A stretch of 55,355 bases of DNA, filler included, from Platydemus manokwari (GCA_037951405.1; 5 parts of 5 records of this genome joined end to end with filler, not necessarily neighbours in it); one strand, 5' to 3'. Counted from the whole stretch's first letter, positions 1-13,869 are shown. Numbers and translations: made by a program. The notes: generated from the letters alone by a model not told the origin.

Positions 1-524
1 AATTTTAATATCAAATAACTCACGAAAAGTCATTACTTTAAAATTGGGTCAAAGGACCCTTTTTCTTAACTTAAGCCCAAATTTTTAATAATATTTTTTC
101 ATTTAAAGTTATTTAGAAGATTTTAACATTTAATTTTATAATTTGTTCTTATTAAGATGTTGTAATTTAAAAGAATTTATTAGATAAATACATTTCGTGC
201 CAGATGTAAATTTAATGGAAAATGGCGGATAAATTAAGTGCTATATTAATGATGTAATTTTTGAGAAAGAAAATTTATTGATTGAATTTTTACAGCTTTC
301 AAATGAATTTAAAGTTACGATTGAGTGGCTATCGACTCTGATATGAGGATTTAATACCATTATTGATTGAAATAACAGTATTTTTAATAAAAATAATTTG
401 TTGAAAATATAATTCGATTTTGAAAGATAAAATAATCAATAAAATCTGTTTTGAAATTTTAAAATTTATTAGGTGTATCGATAAAAGTCAATAGCTTGCA
501 TCATCTATCGAATAGATGTCATTT

Positions 525-2155
525 TTAATCTTTGGTAGAAGTGGCAAATTTAATCAATATTTGATTGCCTCTGCTCAGCTCTTCATTAGCCGATATTTGT
601 GCAACTGTGATACAGAGATTATCAAACCAAAATAGTCCGTTTTCATAGTTTGTTGGCTTCATTAATGCACCATGATATGGCCATTCGGAACATTTTATCG
701 TCCACGTTTGGAAAGCGAAGCCAGTTTCCTGATTCATCAAAGCCAGCTCGACATCTCGATCGAAAGGCCAATCAAGAATGCCGTCAAATTCACCTCGCAA
801 AATGCAGAAATAGAAATCCAGGCGATCACCTGATCGATCAATTCTCAAACGAAGACGAATTTTGTAACCTGCTGGATGCGACAAAAATACTTCACTGTTA
901 ACCGATAGTCCTCCACTGTTTCGTGCCTGGTTTACTTTGTCAGCCCAATTATTTATTTTCCAGACAAACTCGCCCATTTGCAAAAGACTTTCATGTAAAT
1001 TGATAATTTCTTTTGATACCTGGGGTGCAATTGTTTGAACATTTTCTGTCGATCGAATTGTATTGATTGATTCAGTTTTCAGAGCAGCACTGGCCTGTGA
1101 TATCTCATCGAGTTGCACCTGATAAACAGTAAGAACATTCAATTATGTTTTCCACGAATCAAATTCACCTCGCTACTTTCCAATTGATCAGAAATTTTAT
1201 CGTTTCTTGTTTCTGCCGACTGACATCGCTGTTTGAGTTCATTGATTTCTTTCTGCTTCTCTTTGATTTGAGATTTCAATTCATCTATTTCTCGAGTCTG
1301 ATTATCGATTTTTGTATTGACAATGAGATTCTGAATACAAAAATACAAACAGATAAATCAATATTTAATGATTCATCTCACTTGCTGTAACTGTTCATCT
1401 TTTAAAACTTGCATTTCACTCCTTATTGATCTGTTTTCGATTTTAAGAGCGCACATTTCTTCATTTAATAATTCAATTTCTTTCCAATCTCGGATTTCCT
1501 TATTCTGCAAATCTTGAATGATTTTCTGAAATATTTTTCAATTAAAAATAAGATTTTATAAATATTGATTTTTTACTTCAGTTTTATCTTTATCAATTCC
1601 AATTTGCTGTTTCAGCTGATTATTTTCCAGCTTGAGTGATTCGATTTCGTTTTCAACATTATTCATCCAACTGATCAATAATTTACTATGGCACGAAATA
1701 TTCTGTAAAAGATGTTCACCCACTTTATTATTTTGTAATTTATTTTCACAACACCCCACTTTCAAATATGGGCAACTCTGTGGTTTGATCTCGCAATTCA
1801 TCAAATGATTTTCTAACATTTTCAACTCCATTTGAGATTGACAATCAATATTTGGGCATTTCGTTATTAATTTTGATACTACATTATTGATTGCTCGATT
1901 TGGGATGATGTCTGTATCAATATCTATCAACAATTTGCCACACAATTTAGTTTGACCCGGACATTTAGTTTTGCCTTCTTTCACGAAATCCTTGATACAT
2001 TCATTACAGAATCTGCACCCACATGGAATATTACACGCGTTAATCAATATCTTTTTACAAATTCCACATTTAAAATCATCACTTATTTCTTCAACGAAAT
2101 CTAACTCATATTCGCTCATAATGTTCCACATGTCGATAAATATTTGTTGATCCAT
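525..2155 (-). CDS. TRAF-like protein (RING, TRAF zinc finger, coiled coil, MATH), 4 exons 2155-1577, 1525-1382, 1330-1169, 1118-525; ~492 aa
   Basis: RING (FKCGICK...PCGCRFCNEC...KCP), TRAF-type zinc fingers, heptad-rich middle exons and MATH motifs (FVWKINNW, SEVFLSHPAGYKIRLRL, RGEFDGILDWPF). Three GT-AG introns of 51, 51 and 50 nt, all phase 0, give one continuous frame. The start Met is uncertain. Confidence 0.92.
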
Positions 2156-4739
2156 TTTATCGACTTGATTATCTAAAATTAATAGTAGAAATCATTCAAA
2201 ACAAGTCAAAAATAATTATCAAAATATATCACATAAAATTAACCATGAAATATAAACAGATATAATTTCCTTTAATAATATTATAATTATAATATAAATT
2301 ATAAAAATGAAAAACAATTACATTTCCGTAATTATTTGCAACACAAATTTTAAAAATGTAAGGCATTAGCTAAGCTAAACAATGACACTAATATTGATTG
2401 ATATAATAATTTTTTAACTGTTTCACAATTTTCTAATTTAATAATAATAAACTTTTGCTGACTTGATTACATAAATGCATTTAAATTTTTATCAAATAGG
2501 TTTATACTTATTGATTATTGTATAAATTGGTCAAGGCTTAAAGTCGCTGTATTTGTACTGATTAATATGTGCTAATGAAATACATATTGCAACAATCGAT
2601 TCGTTTGATTGCCAAAAATTAAATTTATGAATTTGAAGAACTAAAATTCGGAAAGCTCCCAAGGTCAACAACAAGTTCAGTCTCAGATCAGAGTAATTTT
2701 CCAGGTAGACTGTGGGAAACGACCAGTTAATCCATAGTAAGGAGATCCGATGGATTTCGTTGACTTCATGACAGACTATTCCATGTATGGTAATACGGTG
2801 GTGTTGTGGAGTTTATCGTTTTGTTTGACTGTAAAGTTTCAGATATTGGTGGAAATATCAATCTCGTCCTCCGCTTTTGTCTCGTCTAGTTATAACTTGG
2901 TAATGCTCATCTCTTCGTATATTATTGTGTTTTATTATTATTTTTTGTTATTAATCGAATAGCTATTGATTTATGATTTTAGCATATGTTTGTTATGATA
3001 TTAAAATATATTTTATTATGATTTTAATGTTTTATTATTTCTATTAATATTTTATTTATTGTTTCTATTATATTACTATTCCATTTCCACTAATCTACCA
3101 CAATTCTCCTCCCTCCGTTTCCTTACAAAAAACATAAAAATAATTCAAATAAATTATTTCCAATATAAAAAACTAAACGACATAAAATTATTAAGCATAA
3201 ACAGTACGAATATCAAATTGTTCAATTAAATTTTCGCTAATCGTCACACCGTAATAAAGATAAATTGTTACAAAAATTGTGACAGGGAATAATTGTTTAT
3301 TCAAGAATTCTGCTTGTGTCGAGGTTCGAAGTTCTGGAAATCTGGAAGCAACATCATCTGACGTCCATAGTCTAGACTACACTTAGTTATGTTTTATGTA
3401 ATATTTTATTTATTCAATATATGTATCCGTTGGGCAAAATGTATGTACAACAGTATAATTATGTTTTGTATGGTTTGGAGTTATGGAACTGTATTTGCTT
3501 GGGTCATATAGTTATGTATTGTTGAGAGTAGAGTTAATGATAGTTGGATTTGTTTTACATGAACTACTGCAAACATATTATCTGCATAAAATTGTGAAAA
3601 ACCTCGATCCAATATGTATTCATTATACGGTAATTCATTACAATAAGAATATTGCCAAACTGTTCATCGTTTTGTTTTTCTCATTTTTCATGTGTTGTGT
3701 CACTAATTTGCGTAATTTGTGCACTTTTGCACATGCATTTACTGTGACTTTGACTTCATATTCCCGGGATTCGTGCATATATTAATTTTCAGGGGTTTAT
3801 TTAAAGCTGGTGTATGGTGGATCATTCGTCCCAATCGCGCTGCTTGTTCCTTTTCTTCTTTTGTTAAATAATCGGCCACCAAAACATAATTTGTAAACCC
3901 AAATAATTTTTTTTTAACTTTGAACATCTTATTTTTCTCCAAACATTGTAGCATTTTGTTTACTTTTTCCTTCATACTCAACGGCTTATTCTCCTTGATA
4001 CGCTTATTATTTTAATCCTCGTATTTCACATTCATGCAGACTATTTTAGACTCGATAACTATTGTGGTTAAATTCGTTCATTCTTTTCTTAAAACAACAG
4101 CATGAATCGCATTTTGCGATTTTTCTGTCATTGCTTACATGTGATTATTGTGGGACCATATTTCTTAGAATATTCACACTGTATTCAGCCATTATTAGTA
4201 ACTTTGTCTCTATCAAAATTCGTATATCTCGTGTTATTTGAATTAGTAATATCACTCTTCCATGATTGTCTCTCATATCCGTCAGCGAAAAGGCTGTTTT
4301 ACAAAATCAAGCTGACAATCTTTTAGCAATTGTAAGCTTAAATACAACAGCTAATGAAACAAACAAAACTTTAAATGGGGTTATACAGAATTTTAAACTT
4401 CCGATAAATGTAGTACCCGGTGAAATAAACAGTGCAAATTTTCTTATAAATTCAGAAGCATTTTTTGGAAAAGATGGAAAAGTATTTGAGATAACATTCT
4501 ACCAAGCTTGGATGAAAGAGTATATAATGAAGTAAAGTTCCGAAATTTGTTTATTAATAAACAAGAATCTTTAATTATTAAACATGAAGAAGAAAATCAT
4601 TTAATTTTACTTGATGGTTCTCTTATTAAATGAAATGAAAAATTATGTAATTTAATAGTTGGAAAAGTAATTAAATATTTAACAGATCTTAAAGATGTGA
4701 AAAACAGAAAGAATAAAAAATAATTATATGATTGAAATT

Positions 4740-4915
4740 AAGCCAAGTACATCAGGAACAGGATTAAATAATCTGCTAAAGTTGCTATAAATGATGAACC
4801 CAATAGAATTATTTAATGAGTTAACTAAATTATTATTGGATAAAAGATGGTCATAATAATGTTTATTGTTCTAGAAATGGCATTTTATCAAAATTATATA
4901 AATTGGGATAAAAAA
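4740..4915 (+). pseudogene. Polinton conserved uncharacterised protein fragment
   Basis: SGTGL...NPIELFNELTKLLLDKR/GHNN resembles the GxG...dPneLv.RL.LL...k.AGn motif recurrent in invertebrate Polintons; frameshifted. Confidence 0.5.
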
Positions 4916-5074
4916 AGAAAAAAAAATCATCATTAAAAAGTATTTTTAACAGCATTGGATGTATACTCAAAATTTATTTTTGGTTAAATTTTTATAACAA
5001 AATAGAAACAAATTTGGATGAAAATATTTTTGAATTTAAACATAAATTTTAAAAATAAGATTAAATTAAAAAGC

Positions 5075-6035
5075 AACTAATTTAAATGAATCTAAAGATA
5101 TTATTTTTGAATCCCAACCAACTTCGAATCCAGTAGTTATTTGATATGAAATTGAAATTGAATTAAAAAAGACGAAAATTGCTGTTAGTGTCGATGAAGA
5201 CCATGACATAAATTTAGAAAATAATTTCTTTCCTAATTTGTTTTACTTCTTGATATTAACATTAGAAATTTACGAAACTGAAAATATTACAAATGTTGGG
5301 GAGATATCTAGTATGTTAAATTTATTATTATTAAGAAGTGGAGAGTTGACATCATGGATAGATAATAAAACTATAGAAGAACCAGATAAAAGCAATAAAG
5401 AACTTCAGAGTGAGAAAATCAACTGTTAAATCACTGGAATTTCATATAGAATGAACTTAAATTATCGAAAAATTCACAAGTTGATAAACAAATTCCAGCT
5501 CATTATTTGAATAGACTTTCAAATCTTATTTATATCTCTGATTCACAAACTTTTACATGGCAAGTAGCTTTATTAAAAATATACCGATAAATATACTGGT
5601 AGGATTAAAAGATGCTGAAATTAGCTTTACTAAATATAATTCAAAATTCATTCAAAATATTGGAAATGATAAATATATAAAATTATTAAAAGTTAGATTA
5701 AATAACAGTAATTATTTAGTCAATAAAATCATTTTGATATCACTAAAACTCATGAGGATATTCCTTATGATGCATATCGCAAATTATGTAAAAAATTCAA
5801 TAATTATTCTCAATTGAATATGTTAGATTTTCAGAATTTAAATTCGATATTTTGTTTCGATGTTAAAGCTCAAGATGAAAAATTAATAATTAATGGATGT
5901 ACACTATCGATTAAAATAAAAAAATCTTCGTGTTTGAAATACAAAGCTTATTGTCGTATATTAGAAGAAAAAGTTGTTAAAATATTAGTTAAGGTCGAAA
6001 GATGTTTTCATTCATTGGTTGAAAACGGGATTTAA
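5075..6035 (+). pseudogene. Polinton major capsid protein (double jelly-roll), disrupted
   Basis: NLNESKDIIFES near the start, LENNFFPNLF...ENITNVGEISSMLNLL in the middle, and C-terminal FQNLNSIFCFDVKAQDEKL...KYKAYCRILEEK matching the F..l.pifvfD.S.Q.E.l...AY.lIl pattern. Several frameshifts and stops. Confidence 0.72.
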
Positions 6036-6149
6036 GGTTTCAGTCTCCGACTGATAAGCCTTCGATTATTTACAATCTCTGGTTGAAAACACTTCGAGAT
6101 AACTTGTAAATATTTAGTTTTTAAAAATGAATGATGAAAAATATTTAAA

Positions 6150-6460
6150 CGAATAATGAAAACAGGAAAACATTAATTATCTAACTAAGAAAGGGAAAAA
6201 ATATCTAAAGAAATTATTGACAAATTACTAAAATTAATAGAAAATAAGGAAGACTATAAGAAACAAAAAGAAGGTGAAATTTTACCATTATTATCTGCAT
6301 TACCAGCAACAAGACTTGGTATTGGAATTGCATCCACAGTAACTCAAGCAAAAATACTGCTGTGGATTTATATGATTTAATAAAAAATAGATATGAAAAG
6401 TCACCATTTTTAAAACAAATTAAAGGTTAAGGTCATTATTTATCACCATATAACCAAAAG
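6150..6460 (+). pseudogene. Polinton GG(F/I)LP-type virion protein fragment
   Basis: EGEILPLLSALPATRLGIGIASTVTQA followed by KG*GHYLSPY (cf. GGFLP...G.GLYL.PY). Confidence 0.55.
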
Positions 6461-6534
6461 GTACATAAGTGACAATTAAATGTGTAAGCGAAACTGAGTT
6501 AATTAATTTTATTTCTAAAAAATGAAGCACAGTT

Positions 6535-7015
6535 ATGATATCTACCAATAAAGAATCAGTTTTTGAATTCCTTTAAACTTAAATGAAAGATTTGAATATG
6601 AAATTCCTTTAATGTCAATAAGTGTTCATAATTCTGTATATAATATTAATGATAATAATAATTCTTTTGAATATGAAAATAAATAAAATAAAATCCTTAC
6701 TAGTGCTAGAGAAATTCCTGATATAAATGAAAGTATACAAAAATTGTTGGCGAGTATTAAATCAATGGAATTACACAATTTGATAGTAATAAAAACCCTA
6801 TATATCATGTAAAAAATGTACCCGATGAAAGAATAAGCTTGCGTTAATAAATGTTAAATGTTCAATAGCAGATGAAATTAGGTACATATAAAAAAAGCAC
6901 CAGCAGAGAATACACTTCGACAAAATTGAATATTATTTATAATTTTCCAGCTAATAGTGTTCCTCTAAGTTATTTATATATTAAAGAAGAAAACAAGTAT
7001 TCTATTTTCCAATGT
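6535..7015 (+). pseudogene. Polinton minor capsid (penton) protein, disrupted
   Basis: LNLNERFEYEIPLMSISVHNSVYNINDNNNSFEY at the N-terminus and IIYNFPANSVPLSY near the end. Confidence 0.65.
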
Positions 7016-7020
7016 TTATT

Positions 7021-7305
7021 AAATGTGTCGGTAAAATTAAAAATTTAGAATCTACTAAAGAAAAGGGGTCTCGTTGGGTTTCAATAAGTAAGCAGCACAA
7101 AATTTATTTTAATCCTTAGCGAATTTTACCAACTAAAGAAGTCTATAATTATTTTGAAGATGAAGCTGCTAAAGACCAGACAAACTCTGATTTTGTTTAT
7201 AATAATATTCAAGTGTAAATAAAAGAAGGATTATGTGAACAATTATCACTATATGTATTATGTTGTTTAGATATTGGATTAAAATATGATTATATTATTG
7301 ATCAT
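7021..7305 (+). pseudogene. Adenain-like maturation cysteine protease of Polinton, inactivated
   Basis: One frame reads NLESTKEKGSRWVSI...IYFNP*RILPTKEV...YNNIQV*IKEGLCEQLSLYVL, versus consensus G(S/T)HW...YFD..G...YN..QiQ....CG. His is Arg, Asp is Asn, and there are two stops. Confidence 0.75.
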
Positions 7306-7630
7306 GTGAGGAATTCTTTTCCTCTTTAAACTGGTTTGGGATAAAGGAAACTTTCTTTAAATTGTTTTAAGGTGAGGAATCAAATCGGAATACCTTGTAA
7401 TCGGAGATATCATTCTTCCTTTTACTGCTTTAAAAATTAAAGATTCCTTATTTCATTAATTTAATTATTGGAAATATATTTTTCTTTTTAGTCCGTCAAA
7501 GATAACTCTATTGGAATTTTCAAAAATAAAAAAAACATATATCTGGTTAATAAAAATCAGTAATTAAGATTTATTTTCAGAAAATAACCCAGATTTGGAG
7601 TTTTAATAAATTTTATATTAAATTAGATAA

Positions 7631-8120
7631 AATGAAAGATCAAATACTTTATCCCAACCTTGATGATTTCAATAGTTAAACAGCTCCACCAGACTCTCGG
7701 GGTATGAGTCCATCTTATCTAGGTTATGAAAAAGATACATTAGAGGCAAATATTAATAAACTTAGAATTGAAAATTTTATGAATGAAAAATTAGTTTTAG
7801 AGGAATTTTTGGCTCACTATAATAAATTAAAAAATAAATGGACTAAATTTGATATTAATCTAAAGTACTTTATTTTATGTGTTATTGAAGAGTCTTTCCA
7901 TATTGGATTAAGTAGTAAAAAGAATAAAAATAAATAGAGGTTTGTGACGCCATTGGTACATTATATTAATTGCAAGAAAAAGCTTTAAAGGAATATTATT
8001 AACTGGTGAAGAAATAATTAAGCTAAAGAAATGATTAAAGATTTATTGGAATAAATTTTGAAGATTAACGAAAATATTCTAAAATTAGAAAAAAATTCAA
8101 GAAGTAAAGCGAGAACATAA
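7631..8120 (+). pseudogene. Polinton-type accessory coiled-coil protein fragment
   Basis: MKDQILYPNL...TAPP followed by a helical stretch (ORF 7704-7937). Sits directly after the protease. Confidence 0.35.
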
Positions 8121-9649
8121 GCGAGAGTTAAAAGAAAAATATCGTGAAGACCTCAAAATTTTATCTGTTAATAAAAATATATCAATGAAAATGTATCAAG
8201 AGTGTTCATATTGTTTATGTATTAAAATATTAATGATTTTAGTTTAATGTATTGATTGAAAATATTTTATATTCAATATAATACATGGTAGCGTGTACAA
8301 CCAGTCTTTTGACGGTGTAATTATAAAATAAAAGCGAGTGAAAGCGAGTGAATGTACAAGGAATGATTGTACATACTTCTTACGAGAGTAGTAGTACAGC
8401 TAAGAGTAATTCCTCTGTCGATATTTCCAGAATTGTTTATGCATTCGTTCCACTTTTACTAGACTTATATTTAAAGGTTACTTATATTTAATTTATAAAC
8501 ATCAAATTTTTTATATCAAATAAGTTCTAGAAATCAGCTGATGAACTAAAATTTCCACTTGTGGGATTTTTCAATTTAAAAAGTATTGCGATTAAACTAG
8601 TCGAAATTTTGATCTGTAGTCGTAGTAATGATCAGTAATTAAATATAAATCAATGAATAACCTGAGTGAATGAATATTTAGCAACATTGGAAGGAAGAGT
8701 AGAAACCAACCGAATCAACAAGGACTGCCTAAAAAATTAAGATTCGGTAAATAAAAAGGATGAAAAATAATCATCGAATATTCTGCAGTTGAAGGATATT
8801 TTTAGGTGAAAAATAAATTTAGTACAATGAAGCAAGATGTATCATTATGCGACATATAAATTTATAAAATTCTTCTATTTGGAAATAAATTATTATTATA
8901 TTTCACTAATCATATTTTATTTGATTCTTCAATTTTTGTGAATATTTATCTATAAGAAACTCTCCTAATTCGAGATGAAAATATATTAAATTTTATAAAA
9001 TTTCAAAATTATTTATTTATTATACATAGGCTTATGTTTATCAGTAGTACATTTTTATATTTTAGTGAAGACCAATTTTAGGCATTGAAAAAGACACATT
9101 TAGACAATTATAAATTGTTGTAATGATAAATCTTAGTATACAGACACTGTCTTTTTGGAGTCATGTAGATAGGCTCTTACGAGTATTTTTGCGCTTTACA
9201 ACAGGTATACCCAACAATCTTATATCTTTTAACGTTTATATAATTAACAAATTGTTTTGATGTTGTGATCCGCAAGTGACATAATAAATCATAACACATT
9301 TGATAAGGAAATCATATTCATATTATGTCATTACCTTTTTAGAAATTAAAATCCAATTAACATTAATGGCTATCATTTAGATGATTAAATTTTAAATATT
9401 ATTAGAATAAGAAATATATAAAATAATAATTGATATTATTTATTCACAAAATGTTATGAAAATCACAGAAAGTAAACCATTAAATAGTCAATTGTTATTT
9501 TGTGAACTTGTTTATTCAAATTAATTATTAAATTAATGTAAATTAATTGTTACAAATTTTTCACAATACTTTATGTTACATATTAATTTTCATTTTAATT
9601 TCATACATTAGGCTTGTTTAGGTTTTATGTAATGAAAAATATGTATTGA

Positions 9650-10036
9650 ATGAATATGCCAAGCTTTCAGAAACGGAAAATATCGAATAAAGACTTACGT
9701 TAATCAGGTAATTTTAGAAAATTGAATTTTATTGATAAACTTTAGTGCAGCATTTGGAGTAATTAGGTCGAGTGGCTATCGAACCAGGAAATGAAGATCC
9801 AAAACAATTATTTGATGTTGACATTATTGATTGAGCTGATATTGTATAGTTAATGAATAAAACATAATTTGTTAAGAAAAAATTATTTTTGATCGATTAG
9901 AAAATAATCAATAAAAATCAGTTTTGAAATTTTAGGGTTTCTGCAGTGTTTCGATAAAAGTCAATCGCTTGAATCATCGATCGAGTGGATGTCATTTTTC
10001 ATCTTTGGCAGAGTTGACAAATTTAATCAATATTTG
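9650..10036 (-). pseudogene. Truncated TRAF paralog: last ~14 codons plus 3' flank
   Basis: 9760-10036 aligns by eye to ~315-566. It encodes QILIKFVNSAKDEK* (stop 9992-9994) versus QILIKFATSTKD*. Similarity ends abruptly at ~10037. Confidence 0.85.
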
Positions 10037-11047
10037 GTATTCTTGAATAATCCTCACAATCTTCATTAACAGTAGCAGCAGTAAATTATGTGAAGATTTA
10101 GTTGATGCCAAAATAATACAAATACAACGAGTTGACGATTTAGGAGAAAAATATCACAAAATTCGAGAAAAACACACAAGAAATAGTGGGGAGGAGTACG
10201 AGCTTATCACATAAGTGCAATAACTACTGAAAGGAAAAATATTGGTGGGCCTCGATCTATAAATGGAATTTAAATATCTGGCTATAAATGCTAATCAGTG
10301 AATGTGAGTTCGAAATTTGGTCGCAGCTGTTGCCCTCTGGCATCTCAACATTGATGTCAAAGTCGATGGGGCAAATTATAAGCATCGTCAAGTCAAATTT
10401 CCGACCTGGACATCGAGAGAAGAATTCATTTTGTCTTAGAAGATTCCACCGTAATGAGATCAATATAGTGGTTCTGTCATTATGAACCTCATAGACCACA
10501 AGGATCCTTAAAAAGAAAAATATCTCTACATATGATCGAAAAAAATGACAACCGAACAGTTACCGTGCTCCACAGAAATATAAATCTTAATCGATATTGA
10601 ACATGACAGCATTGAATATTTTATACAACAATAGAGATAGAGGTCACTCAACAAAATCTGAAAAGCCATGTAGAAACCGAATATGTCGATTTTGGGATTC
10701 TTTAACAGTACTCAAAACATCTATGACAGCCGTACACTAGAGCATATAAAGAATAAATAAGCAGTACAAATAATGGTAAAATAGTGCAGAAAAAGGATAA
10801 AAATAACATGGGAAAAATCTATAAACAATATAGTGTAGTAAAAGGAGATAAAGAAATGATTTGATTAAGTTGGCATTTTTAATAATTCGTTTGTTATTGA
10901 TCATTGACATTAGAATATTAATTGAGATGTTGGGAACCAAAATATTATAATATAATCAGAATGTAATGTAAACAGAAGCTACCAACTCAGATGGTCGAAA
11001 CAAATCCGGTGTGGTAGATACACCAAAATTCTGCCGGAGATAACTTC

Positions 11048-11147
11048 NNNNNNNNNNNNNNNNNNNNNNNNNNNNNNNNNNNNNNNNNNNNTTAATTAAT
11101 TAANNNNNNNNNNNNNNNNNNNNNNNNNNNNNNNNNNNNNNNNNNNN
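11048..11147. other. Artificial assembly linker (44N-TTAATTAATTAA-44N)
   Basis: Six-frame stop palindrome inside N runs, identical at four sites. Confidence 0.97.
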
Positions 11148-13869
11148 GTAATATATGACAATATAAATAATAAGAATCTTCAAATAAAGTGTGTCTATGA
11201 TAATATGATAATAGAATAAACTAAATAAAACTAATAAATAAAATATATCGAATAACAACTACGATAAATGAATTTAAATATCATCGAGATGTATTGATAT
11301 ACCAGGATTCAGATGTGTATAACTAAATAGCAGGACACTTGTGGAAAATTTGAAAATGAAGAACATTAAAATGAAAATTCTTATAATTTAAATGAGCTAT
11401 ACAATTGTAGAAATAGCTAAAATTTAAAAAAATTACTAAGCATATTGTTGAATAATTAATAAATAATCTTGAAACGATTGGGACAATAATTTCTTCAAAT
11501 AATCTCAAAAATTCTTCAATGAGCAAATTTTTTAAAAACAAAAATAAATACGAGCCAGAATTTTCACGAAAAATTCATGTACATGTAAGTTATTAATATT
11601 TATACACATATCAAATCACTGCCACGTGCCATTTTACGTATTTTTAGCAACCTAAATTGCTATTTTTAATTCTTTTAATGTGTTCGTTACTATTTTTAGT
11701 TATATTTTGTTATTTATAGCAACTTTTTGTTAATCTACTTTCAATATTATATTTTAATACCTTTCGCTGTCCTTGAGTTAATTTTTTAGAACAAATTTTT
11801 TTTCTTTATTTTAATTTAAAAATAATTTTATATATTTTTTATATTCGTAGTCACTTACCTTTTCAAAGTTTTAAAAATCTTTTTATAGTTGTATTTGTCA
11901 GTTTGGATTTTAAATTGATTTCTTTATTTTTTGCCTCATTATTTCTAATCATGCATTCTTTAATCAATATCTTGTTTATCCATTCATTGTTATAATGCGA
12001 TTTACATACCCTACTTAATTGTACTAAAATTGTGTCAAACAAGAGATATAGAAAGTAGTCGAGCATTTTACAATTATTTCTCCATAGTTCAACTCGAACA
12101 AATAATAGAACAAGTTCAATATTGTAATTTTTTTCTTATTCTTTTATGACAAGAATTTTAAGATACTTAAAAAAGTAAACATATTAGTTAAAAATAATAC
12201 TAATTTTGAACAAGATTTAATGCATCAATGACAGATATTAGTTATTTCAAAGCAACAAACTCTACTTTTTATACTACAAATCATATTATAAAGGTTTTAT
12301 TGAAATCAAAGAATTTCTTCAACTTTTCTAAATAAAAAAAAAAACATTTGAAGCTGACTTGAAAATTTCTTAAATGTGAAAAAAGAAATGAAACAAAGGA
12401 TTAATGCTAGCATTTTGTGACAATTTGATTTGTTAGGAAATTAATTCATGCAGCGATGCAAAATTAACAATAATTATCATTCTTCCCGAGACACTATTGT
12501 CTTATAATGTCTATGTATAAAGTATAATTAAAAATTTTATAATCATTTTTATTTACTACTTGCAATAAACATTTTCAAATATTATGTGACATTCTAGTAA
12601 CTTTTTACAATGATTTTTTATCAATAAAGTTTATAAAAATATTGCAAAATATTACAAAGTACTAGAATACAGAAATAAATATAGCTCTCTTTAACGTAAA
12701 AATCTGTACTAATCATCGAAGTAAAATGCTTATCCCAAAAATTACACAAAGAATTTACTTTATGTAATCACTAACGTTAACAATATAATTTCCTCTAACT
12801 TCATTAATCAATATTATTTTATCAGAAATTATTACTTGCCAATTAGGAATTTGTGATAACCAATTATTTTCAATTTATTGAGATACCAAAGAGATATTTT
12901 CACATGTATAACTCTGATAAGGGTTTATATTACAATTACTTATTAAATCATATAAAAATTAACTGTTAAAACCACTAATCTGTGAATCTTACAATCAATC
13001 ACAAATATTATTCTATCGAAAAAATAAAATTATAATTTAATATAATATTATCAAAATCGATAAGATCATTTTAAAGAAAACATGGACATAATTCTAATAT
13101 TAAAGAACACCTAAAACTTCCACATGTTTCTATCTATTTCCTCAGATTGAGATTAACATTGTCAGACATTGAAATTTTTTTTAAATGTGCAATTTTATCA
13201 AAAAAATGGTGTTTAACAATCGATGTAAATGTTTATCTAATTCCCTGAAATGTTTAAAAAGAAAATGACAAAAATCATAAACTATTAATAGACCAACGAT
13301 ATTCATTCATTTTGATCATAAATGTATTTCAAATTAATATTTGAACAGATATCAATGATGGCTTGGTATCATGGAAATTGGTCAAACCTCATTGGTCAAA
13401 TTCATCACAGTTTATAATGATAAATCATTTAGATTTTAAACAGTAAAATGAATTTCAACAATGTGTTTATTGTTGTTGAGTTTCATTCAGTTTATATTCG
13501 CCAATATTGAATATAAAATTTTGACAAAAAATTATACAATAGCACAAATCGATATATCTGATTTTAAAGTTGATTGAAATAAATAATAAAATGTCATTCA
13601 ACCATATCAGCATCATTTGACCCTATTCGAAACCATATTGAAAAATTTAACAAAAATGTGATGAATAAATATAGATAGAATAGAAATGTATCAAATTTAA
13701 TATACAGTTTCAAGGAAATTACTTCTATATAAAAATTGAAAATATAAATATCATTGTCAACTATAAATTTAATAAAACATTAAATATTCTAAAAGTTCTG
13801 AACAATGTGAAAAGATAACTTAATATTTATTATTTCAAAAAAAATAACATTATCTATATGTTTTCCTAA

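Larger units (their letters stand above)
4266..8150 (+). mobile_element. Decayed Polinton/Maverick (adintovirus-like) remnant, virion morphogenesis module
   Basis: Run of same-strand, intronless, stop-ridden fragments matching Polinton gene families (itemised below). Boundaries are approximate. Confidence 0.75.

Noticed and set aside
8330-8460. Polinton terminal inverted repeat (agtagtagt)
   Set aside because: No matching inverted partner or 6-bp TSD could be identified on the left side.
11092-11103. TTAATTAATTAA palindrome repeated four times as a biological motif
   Set aside because: Always centred in identical N runs, so it is an assembly spacer.
11610-12460. Possible hAT dimerisation-domain remnant
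   Set aside because: Only a vague SRV..SH.NNEW resemblance, and no TIR pair found.
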